This document shows positions 6,685 through 13,041 of a stretch of 13,604 bases of DNA, piece after piece. Each line of letters opens with the position of its first letter. Position 1 is the stretch's first letter. A model generated the notes under the pieces. It was not told the origin of the DNA. It did not search any database and saw nothing but the letters and a program-made list of their open reading frames with translations. Made by a program: the position numbers and the translations under genes. The DNA is from a virus, in the IMG/VR virus record IMGVR_UViG_3300012992_000307; one strand, given 5' to 3'.

Positions 6685-7160
6685 GTTTTGAAGTTAAAAT
6701 CGGAGTATGTAAAGATGCTAAAAACAAAGTGAGTAAATCCCCGTCATGGAATTATACACTTTCAGGGCAGTTAAAAGATAGTTGTGATATTTTAAATCCG
6801 ACTATAAGACTTATAATCGGAGATAGTAAAGATATCAAATTACCAACAATTACAAAGTGTAATTATATGTACATTGGTAACTTTAATCGATACTACTTTA
6901 TCACTGGCTTTAATATCGTACGAAATACGATTTTAGAGGTAACTGGTCATGTGGATGTACTAAACACATATAAAGACCAGATAAAAGCCAACACTGGATT
7001 GATTTTAAGAAGTGAAAGTAATTACAGTAAATTTTTAGATGATGGTGCTTTTAAAATTTTTAGCAATCCTTATGTTGTAACTAAAAAGCTGACGGGAGAA
7101 TCTTTTGCCAAGAATCCATCTTTTATATTAGCTGTGTCGGGTGGCGGCAAATCATCTTAA
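6681..7160 (+). CDS. Tail protein resembling the N-terminal domain of phi29 gp9 tail knob
   Basis: NYMYIGNFNRYYFITGFNIVRNTILEVTGHVDVLNTY parallels phi29 gp9 residues [42 protein letters not shown]. The start overlaps the upstream stop (ATGA), and the RBS is AAGGAGG. Confidence 0.65.
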   Translation: MSFEVKIGVCKDAKNKVSKSPSWNYTLSGQLKDSCDILNPTIRLIIGDSKDIKLPTITKCNYMYIGNFNRYYFITGFNIVRNTILEVTGHVDVLNTYKDQIKANTGLILRSESNYSKFLDDGAFKIFSNPYVVTKKLTGESFAKNPSFILAVSGGGKSS

Positions 7161-7178
7161 TCTATCTACCATGTGTAA

Positions 7179-7297
7179 TGCGCAAGATTGTGTACTTTGT
7201 CTATTGAATATATACTTGCGCAAGTATACATATTGCACAAATATACTTGCGCAAGATTGTGTACTTTGTCTATTGAATATATACTTGCGCAAGTATA
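7179..7297. repeat. Direct duplication (2 x 50 bp, period 69) carrying palindromic operator-like sites
   Basis: 7179-7228 and 7248-7297 are identical. The region contains a 20-bp perfect palindrome ATATACTTGC|GCAAGTATAT (7279-7298), a 19/20 copy (7210-7229), and half-conserved sites centred at 7181/7182 and 7250/7251. The spacing between site centres is 38, 31 and 38 bp. Confidence 0.9.
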
Positions 7298-7301
7298 TAA
7301 T
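7273..7301 (+). promoter_or_regulatory. Promoter TTGAAT-N17-TATAAT with a 20-bp palindromic operator filling the spacer
   Basis: -35 TTGAAT at 7273-7278 and -10 TATAAT at 7296-7301. The palindrome at 7279-7298 occupies the spacer and half of the -10. The upstream repeat copy has the same -35 (7204-7209) but only a weak -10 (TACATA, 7227-7232). Confidence 0.6.
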
Positions 7302-7352
7302 AAAGACAGTTAAAGAAACAGCAACACAGCATAGAAAGCGGAGGTATAAACA

Positions 7353-7631
7353 ATGACAAAGCAGAAATTAAAAGAAGCATATACAAACTGGAATAAAGAA
7401 ATCACAAAGCTGGATAGCAGAAAAACAGAAATTTTCCACAAATTGCAGGAAATGTGCGAAGAGAAAGGCGACGGGCACCGTTGGTGCTGCATAGAAAAGC
7501 TGGTAGAAGAATTAGCAAAGAAAGGTCATGTCTACCAAGCAATGCAACTTGTAAATGAATATTACCAGATATGCGGGCAGGAAGAAGCATTGAGAAATCT
7601 TGCAACCGCAACAAATAATTTTGAAATATAG
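7353..7631 (+). CDS. Small helical protein (92 aa), function unknown
   Basis: RBS GGAGGT (7339-7344) precedes the ATG at 7353. It is the first gene downstream of the operator-controlled promoter. No family was recognised. Confidence 0.75.
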   Translation: MTKQKLKEAYTNWNKEITKLDSRKTEIFHKLQEMCEEKGDGHRWCCIEKLVEELAKKGHVYQAMQLVNEYYQICGQEEALRNLATATNNFEI

Positions 7632-7643
7632 GGAGGTGTAAGC

Positions 7644-7991
7644 ATGAATAAATATGTTGAAAAAGTAGAGCAATACAAAGAAAAAGTGCTGAAACCTGCA
7701 CTTGAAAAATTAAAGGCTGAACACGAAGAAGCAGAAGACTTTTACCGTGATACTGGTTATGACAGATATTACAAGAAAATGCAGAAGTGCGAAAGCCAGA
7801 TTGAAGAAATAGAACAATATTTGAAAGCAGGAACAATGGAGGTAAGAGAGGTTGCAGCAAGTGAATATAAAGAATTGCTGGAATTAAGACAAAAAATGAA
7901 AAGCATAAAAAACAAAGTATTTTATCTTTCAAAAGAACTGCCAATGTGTGCAGATTTAATAAACCTGCAAGACATTTTAAGGGACTATTAG
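7644..7991 (+). CDS. Coiled-coil protein (115 aa); possible scaffolding protein, unproven
   Basis: RBS GGGAGGTG precedes it. The protein is strongly K/E-rich with heptad-like helical sequence, and its size and character are comparable to phi29 gp7 scaffold. No sequence motif supports the assignment. Confidence 0.7.
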   Translation: MNKYVEKVEQYKEKVLKPALEKLKAEHEEAEDFYRDTGYDRYYKKMQKCESQIEEIEQYLKAGTMEVREVAASEYKELLELRQKMKSIKNKVFYLSKELPMCADLINLQDILRDY

Positions 7992-7997
7992 CAAGCG

Positions 7998-8104
7998 GCG
8001 GCAGTACCCCAGCTGGTAGAGGGACGGGCACGGTGAAATAAAACGGCAGCAGCCGTTGTCGGTCCGTGTCTATGATGTCGCTGGTTCAAATCCAGCCTGC
8101 CGCA
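7998..8104 (+). ncRNA. tRNA-like RNA (107 nt) with canonical acceptor, D and T arms but an elongated rod replacing the anticodon arm
   Basis: Acceptor GCGGCAG (7998-8004) pairs with CTGCCGC (8097-8103), with discriminator A at 8104. The D arm is CCCC-AGCTGGTA-GAGG (8007-8022). The T arm is GCTGG-TTCAAAT-CCAGC (8080-8096). The central part is ACGGGC (8024-8029) / GTCCGT (8062-8067) enclosing AACGGC-AGCA-GCCGTT (8042-8057). I count about 60% GC in an AT-rich genome. No 7-nt anticodon loop can be drawn. Confidence 0.55.
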
Positions 8105-8148
8105 TTACTGGGAAAAGCAACTACAAACCATACCAGATACAAAGAAAT

Positions 8149-8180
8149 CCCTCTTACTTATAAAGTAAGAGGGTTTTGTT
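8149..8180. terminator. Bidirectional rho-independent terminator at the convergence point of the two arms
   Basis: An 11-bp perfect stem CCCTCTTACTT (8149-8159) / AAGTAAGAGGG (8163-8173) is followed by TTTTGTT on the + strand. It is preceded by AAAGAAAT, which gives a T-tract on the - strand. It abuts the ATPase stop codon (8179-8181). Confidence 0.8.
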
Positions 8181-9297
8181 ATGATAAAATACTATTGGAT
8201 TTACACCACTGTATATAATTGCGGACTATCTCACCCACAATATTATCTTGGTAAAACACTTTTTCATTTTCAAAATATTCACAGATTTTTGACACAATCC
8301 GATTTTTATTCATACCTTGGTTTATTTTTCTTGTTTGAAATATCAGCGGACTTGTATTTTCGGTAGAAAAAACCAGATCATCCGGATGTTTTATATCACC
8401 TGTTTTTCGATGGATATATGTAAAATTATAATCATCTACCATTACGATTTCACATTGCAACAGGTCTCTGTTGAATTTTATAAAATATATAAACTGGATG
8501 TCTTTCGGTCTAAATTCGATTGGCTTGTGTGGATACATCCCGATTTCCCACGCACCGTTAGTTATCATGTCAAGCCTACTGTTATCAAATGCAAAATATT
8601 TGGAATTAGCTTTATTATGCTTAAGACTCTCGGCATACTCAACAGCAACCTTTAAATCTTTTTGCCCGTATTTGTAAACATCTATCTGTCCAGGTTTCAT
8701 TTGTTCAATATGGTTCAGTCCCATTTCACCAAAATATGGGCAGTATTTATTAACCGTATTTCCTACCATGAAAATAGTAGCATTATCACGATATCTGATA
8801 ATAGTACTTAATACGTTCATAAACTGGACAAACTCATCGGGTAAATACCCATTTCTTGACATAAACTCATCAAATAAAATATTTGTGACATCGGGAAAAC
8901 TTGCAGATTTGTCATGCTCCATTTCTGTCAAAGCAAAACTATATGCAAACGGTCGTTCCATTCTAATAATTTTTTCTGTTTCATCATCCTCTTTTGCTAA
9001 ATACCATGAACGTCGATAATATACAACCGTATTATAAGCGTTATTTGTCAGCTTGCTTATAAAGCCATTGGATATGTGATTATTAAAAAGAGTTGACCCG
9101 CCCTTATTCATGAAGTCCTCTCTCCATCTGCGGATAATAGCTCCCTGATTTTTTCCGTTGCTCTCCCAGAAATCACTCAATATTTTTGATAATACCGCAT
9201 ACGTTTTACCATTACTACGACCACCAAAAATAACATTGTAGGTGGCTTTTTCTTTTAAGATATTTTTAAGACTGTAAAAATTATTTTTTCCTAACAT
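8179..9297 (-). CDS. DNA encapsidation (packaging) ATPase, phi29 gp16-like
   Basis: Walker A is FGGRSNGKTY near the N-terminus and Walker B is NILFDEF. The 372-aa size is typical of the family. The ATG follows the polymerase stop codon directly, with RBS GAGG inside the polymerase 3' end. Confidence 0.85.
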   Translation of the reverse strand: MLGKNNFYSLKNILKEKATYNVIFGGRSNGKTYAVLSKILSDFWESNGKNQGAIIRRWREDFMNKGGSTLFNNHISNGFISKLTNNAYNTVVYYRRSWYLAKEDDETEKIIRMERPFAYSFALTEMEHDKSASFPDVTNILFDEFMSRNGYLPDEFVQFMNVLSTIIRYRDNATIFMVGNTVNKYCPYFGEMGLNHIEQMKPGQIDVYKYGQKDLKVAVEYAESLKHNKANSKYFAFDNSRLDMITNGAWEIGMYPHKPIEFRPKDIQFIYFIKFNRDLLQCEIVMVDDYNFTYIHRKTGDIKHPDDLVFSTENTSPLIFQTRKINQGMNKNRIVSKICEYFENEKVFYQDNIVGEIVRNYIQWCKSNSILS

Positions 9298-11556
9298 TTA
9301 TATTACCTCTCTATCTACTGTCACACTGTCTAAGAAGTTTTTAAATTCCTCTGACATACTCATTTTATAGCTTGACTCTTTTAGGTTTATCGCACTTTTT
9401 TCTTTTATTTTCTGATAGATGCATAGATAATCTTTTATGACTGCTTCAAAACCGTCATCTAAATATGTGGCTATCAGCTTATCACTCTCACCCTCTGGAA
9501 TGACCATATCATCACTAAACACCTTAAACGGGTCCTTATATTTTGATAAAAATTTCACACCCGCTCTTTTTGGAATACCTGCAACTGTTATATGTAATTC
9601 ATCACCTTGCTTTACTAAGTATCTTTTTGCACCTAAAGTTTTAAATTCTGTATACGGGCAACCCTGAGTTTCATAATCCCACACCCCTAATTGTTTTGAC
9701 TTGCCTTTGATTGTTTTAGGTCTTGCTAATCCAGTATTTATCTTATAAAATTTTAAGACTGTATCTATTTTTTGAGTTATATTCTGATTATATCCAGTAA
9801 TATATTCCATATGCTTGTCAGCATTTAAGCATTTTATGCTGTCAGTGTCACTATAAATATAATCATCTCCAAACTCTATTATTCCAGACCATAAATTCCT
9901 ACGTGCATATGCCGTAACAAATAGGCCCCATGGATAGTATGTAAATCGTTTGTGACTTTTATTCTCATTGTATTTGTCTAGCTGCTGCTGATAGTCACCC
10001 TCTTCAGATATCCAATCATTGTTTTCGTATGTTATCAGCATTCGTAAAATATCCATTACCATCATGCCATATTCACTATTAAGCATACCCTTTTTCATTA
10101 GATATTCATCTTCTTTACCAGATACACCCTTAAGAGTTGTTTTACCTACATAATAATCTAGGGTTGCCTCTATTATTGGCTGTGGAAGATACCCCCATTT
10201 CCATGTGAGTAGATCGGTTATTTTATATCTGTCAAAATCGTAACATCTCGTTATTACCTCCATGTCTACATTAGTAGTTGTTGTAGATATTTCATCAGCT
10301 GACCATACACGGCCGTTATCAAAAACACCGTTTTTTATATTATAGCATTTATTTTTTGATAAATATACATCATACACACCCGATTTTTTTCTAAGATTTT
10401 TAAAAGTAATTCTGAAACAACAGGCATAATTTTTTATATATGTTTTTATTTCTGCCAAAGTCAGGGTTGCACAATCTATCCTTGTACATTTACCCATCGG
10501 ATATTTTTCTGATAACATGACAGCAGGGTAGCTACTTGTAAAATCAAAACTGTCAATTTTACCCTTAATATCACGGCCCACCCATAGATAAGATGCGTGA
10601 GTAAATCCACCTGCAAATCCCTCTTTTAAAATGTTGTAGCATTCCAGATCTGGAATGACCAACTCATTCATGAGTTTTACATACTTATTTTTGTATTTGC
10701 GATTGTAACACTTATTTCGGGTTTCTCTTCTGACATATCCTGTATTAGTATAAGGCACCTGCGATAGATCATTTCCTTCAAATTCCATTTTTTCTTTTAT
10801 GATCGCATTAAGGCCCGTTACATCATGCCTTATATATCCAAGTTCTTTATCTGTCAGCGGAGTTTTTGGACCCCTGATCAGCTTATAATCTAAGTCACCT
10901 ACCATCTTTTTCACGTGATATCTAGTGAGATTTTCACATGATTTTTCAAAACTTAAACCTGTAAGCCTTAAACTGTCACGAAATTCCAGGCCACTCTCAG
11001 TGAGTGCATAAATCGGTTTTCTTGTGGTATCTGTAAAAACCGTGTTCCACTCAAAGTATTTTCTCATAAATTGAAACTCATACCCCAGATTGTGAACATA
11101 GACTATAAATCTTAATCTGTCACCATTACCATTTATAATATCTGATATAGACGGTTGACATTGACAAGTGGTGTAACTTGTCAGCACTTCACACAACTCT
11201 AAAAATTCGTCCCAAGTACGACCAAATATGCACTGACCGTTGATTCCAAATTGCCATACATACATACAAGCATATTTTTCATCGTTTGTTTCCCAGCTAC
11301 TAGTTTCTATATCAAAGGACAATGGTATATTATAACAGTAATCAGAATATGTACAGTTACTATTTTTAATCTTATGAGCTGACAATTTACCGACAAAAAA
11401 ATCACAAACCGATTTTTGTTTTGAAATAGGTTTTGTAAAAGTCATATAATCATTTACTATTTTTCTTATATAATCTTCACCACCCTCATTCCATTCAATC
11501 ATTGTTTCAGATATGTAAAATGGCAGTGATTTTTTATTCTGTCGATAGTTGCCCAT
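9298..11556 (-). CDS. Family-B DNA polymerase, protein-primed (phi29 gp2-like)
   Basis: Exonuclease motifs: Exo I SFDIETSS, Exo II VHNLGYEFQF, Exo III YIRHDV. Polymerase motifs: A is DFTSSYPAVM, B is KGMLNSEYGMM, C is YSDTDSIK, and the KxY motif is GAKRYL. I chose the ATG at 11556 (MGNYRQ...), which is preceded by AAGGTG just after the upstream stop. The track's 11616 start overlaps the upstream gene by 46 nt. Confidence 0.92.
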   Translation of the reverse strand: MGNYRQNKKSLPFYISETMIEWNEGGEDYIRKIVNDYMTFTKPISKQKSVCDFFVGKLSAHKIKNSNCTYSDYCYNIPLSFDIETSSWETNDEKYACMYVWQFGINGQCIFGRTWDEFLELCEVLTSYTTCQCQPSISDIINGNGDRLRFIVYVHNLGYEFQFMRKYFEWNTVFTDTTRKPIYALTESGLEFRDSLRLTGLSFEKSCENLTRYHVKKMVGDLDYKLIRGPKTPLTDKELGYIRHDVTGLNAIIKEKMEFEGNDLSQVPYTNTGYVRRETRNKCYNRKYKNKYVKLMNELVIPDLECYNILKEGFAGGFTHASYLWVGRDIKGKIDSFDFTSSYPAVMLSEKYPMGKCTRIDCATLTLAEIKTYIKNYACCFRITFKNLRKKSGVYDVYLSKNKCYNIKNGVFDNGRVWSADEISTTTTNVDMEVITRCYDFDRYKITDLLTWKWGYLPQPIIEATLDYYVGKTTLKGVSGKEDEYLMKKGMLNSEYGMMVMDILRMLITYENNDWISEEGDYQQQLDKYNENKSHKRFTYYPWGLFVTAYARRNLWSGIIEFGDDYIYSDTDSIKCLNADKHMEYITGYNQNITQKIDTVLKFYKINTGLARPKTIKGKSKQLGVWDYETQGCPYTEFKTLGAKRYLVKQGDELHITVAGIPKRAGVKFLSKYKDPFKVFSDDMVIPEGESDKLIATYLDDGFEAVIKDYLCIYQKIKEKSAINLKESSYKMSMSEEFKNFLDSVTVDREVI

Positions 11557-11570
11557 ATTGCTATAACACC

Positions 11571-12362
11571 TTAATAAAATACATCTTTTATATCTTCTGG
11601 AGTGACAGAAAACCACCCAGAACCTCCGCCTACATCGGGTTGTTTTTCTGTTTTTTCAAGATTGAGTTTTTTCAGTTCCTCTTCAAATTCTTGTTTAAAT
11701 AATTCACTGTTATCAGTCACATTTTTTAAATCATGTGTGCTGCGGTGTTTTTTCTCAATCCTATTGAATACAATTTTTAAGTCTTTTCTACTGTCATAAG
11801 GTATACCATACTTGCCTTCTCTCCATTTTGTAAATGCAGGCCAAAAACCCTCATCGGCAAATTTCGCATTTTCCGTTGCCAATTTTCTCATTTCATTATA
11901 TTTTTTACTGCCTTTCTTATATTTTCCCGCTTTCACTCCTTTTTTTAACCAACCACGAACACGCTCATCTTGCGATTTTCCTTTGATTTTAGCAATCTCC
12001 TTTTTGCTTTTACCCTCAGCCTCAGCCTTGCGCTGCCTTCTTTTTTGGTCGATTATCCTTTCGCGTTTTACTTTTTCTTTTCGTGCTTCTTTATACCGGC
12101 TTGTTTTTTCACGATTAAAAGACTGTTCTCTGATAGCCTCATCAATCAATTTTTCTTTTGTATCTTTACCTTTGACACCAAATTTCCCACCCCCTTCCGT
12201 TATAAATTTATCATAGGCGTCATGCGACACCTTGTCACTCCTTAAGCGTGATACTCTTTTATTTAGCTTTTTGCCTTGTTCACTGACTAAAGATTTGAGT
12301 TCTGGAACAGATAGCTTTTTTAAGTCTTTTACTGTCAACTCCCCAAATTTTTCAAGTGTCAT
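11571..12362 (-). CDS. Putative terminal protein (basic, 263 aa)
   Basis: It lies immediately upstream of the protein-primed polymerase, as phi29 gene 3 precedes gene 2, and its size is similar to phi29 TP. The centre is extremely Lys/Arg-rich. The N-terminal LSVPELKSLVSEQGKKLNKRVSRL resembles a SAP/HeH DNA-binding motif. The ATG at 12362 has RBS GGTGA; the track uses GTG at 12374. Confidence 0.6.
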   Translation of the reverse strand: MTLEKFGELTVKDLKKLSVPELKSLVSEQGKKLNKRVSRLRSDKVSHDAYDKFITEGGGKFGVKGKDTKEKLIDEAIREQSFNREKTSRYKEARKEKVKRERIIDQKRRQRKAEAEGKSKKEIAKIKGKSQDERVRGWLKKGVKAGKYKKGSKKYNEMRKLATENAKFADEGFWPAFTKWREGKYGIPYDSRKDLKIVFNRIEKKHRSTHDLKNVTDNSELFKQEFEEELKKLNLEKTEKQPDVGGGSGWFSVTPEDIKDVFY

Positions 12363-12366
12363 TCTT

Positions 12367-12837
12367 TTAATCACCTTTCTTGTAAATTACTGGAAGTATC
12401 AGACCCACAAGTTCATTATTCTCATAAACATATAAGGGTGATCTGTCGTTCGTTCCTTCAAAGTGTGCATCCGATTCAAAAAACTTCAAATAATCTTCCT
12501 TAACATAGATTGCTTTATCATCCACCATAAACTTATGGAGATTCGTTTTCTTTTGGAATGTTGTACTCTGAACTATCGAATTAGTATCAACAGCAGGTTT
12601 CAAATCCCCTGGCTCCTTTAAGAAAGTTTCACCCTGTATTGGTTTGATATCCTTCCAAATTTTGTCTATATCTAGATAGAATTGATTCCTTGGAATTCCT
12701 ATTATCCATTGCCCTTCAGGACACATCCAAACTTTATCTTCTGTGATAAAATAGTAAATATTGAAGTCCTTGTGCTTCCATCCATCCCTCGCATCTGCTG
12801 CTTTTAGCAAATTCTGCTGTACTTTCAAATAATTCAT
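12367..12837 (-). CDS. Hypothetical early protein (156 aa)
   Basis: This is an ATG-started ORF in the early operon, ending a few nt before the TP start. No motif was recognised. By position it could be a replication accessory protein (SSB or DNA-binding protein analogue). Confidence 0.75.
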   Translation of the reverse strand: MNYLKVQQNLLKAADARDGWKHKDFNIYYFITEDKVWMCPEGQWIIGIPRNQFYLDIDKIWKDIKPIQGETFLKEPGDLKPAVDTNSIVQSTTFQKKTNLHKFMVDDKAIYVKEDYLKFFESDAHFEGTNDRSPLYVYENNELVGLILPVIYKKGD

Positions 12838-12873
12838 TATTCTTTACCTATCCTTTCATGAATTCTTTTAATC

Positions 12874-13026
12874 TCATTTTTCTTTTTTCTTCATTTTTAC
12901 AAATTTGATATCACCACCACCATGAGCGGTAATATCTCTAGCAAGGGTTATAATTCGCCTTATTGTATGATCTTTTTCCTCTAACTGGCATTTCTGATTA
13001 TACCTTTTTCTCTCTTCACTTGTCAT
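12874..13026 (-). CDS. Small basic early protein (50 aa), below the ORF-track length cut-off
   Basis: Manual translation gives MTSEERKRYNQKCQLEEKDHTIRRIITLARDITAHGGGDIKFVKMKKKEK*. RBS GAGGTG sits 6 nt upstream of the ATG (13026). It fills the otherwise empty 204-nt gap in a tightly packed operon. Confidence 0.55.
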   Translation of the reverse strand: MTSEERKRYNQKCQLEEKDHTIRRIITLARDITAHGGGDIKFVKMKKKEK

Positions 13027-13041
13027 TCTAAACACCTCACT

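Noticed and set aside
7179-7297. Possible CRISPR-like array or replication iterons
   Set aside because: There are only two repeat copies, separated by a 19-bp spacer that is itself related to the repeat, and there are no cas genes. A TP-primed linear genome replicates from its ends, so an internal origin is not needed. Promoter boxes fit precisely.
7141-7356. The 71-aa + strand ORF from the track, with an internally repeated peptide (AQDCVLCLLNIYLRKY twice)
   Set aside because: It has no RBS and begins inside the end of the tail gene. Its peptide repeat is simply the translation of the 50-bp duplicated promoter/operator DNA. The region reads much better as regulatory sequence.
7402-8031. The 209-aa - strand ORF antisense to the two small helical genes and overlapping the tRNA-like element
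   Set aside because: Its Leu/Phe/Pro-rich low-complexity translation is typical of the antisense of K/E-rich coding sequence. It has no RBS and would run against the flow of the + arm, starting inside a structured RNA.
7998-8104. tRNA-like element as a phage attachment site (attP) for integration into a host tRNA gene
   Set aside because: There are no integrase, excisionase or repressor genes. The genome is a TP-capped linear replicon of a strictly lytic type. The element contains both the 5' and 3' halves of the cloverleaf rather than only a 3' tRNA fragment.
8181-9667. Several + strand ORFs (61-112 aa) inside the ATPase and polymerase genes
   Set aside because: They have no RBS and give hydrophobic nonsense translations. 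They lie wholly within - strand genes that have clear catalytic motifs.
11502-12435. Five + strand ORFs (66, 65, 134, 91 and 67 aa) over the terminal-protein region
   Set aside because: They are the antisense of AAA/GAA-rich coding sequence, giving Phe/Leu/Ser-rich nonsense. They have no RBSs and overlap one another in different frames.
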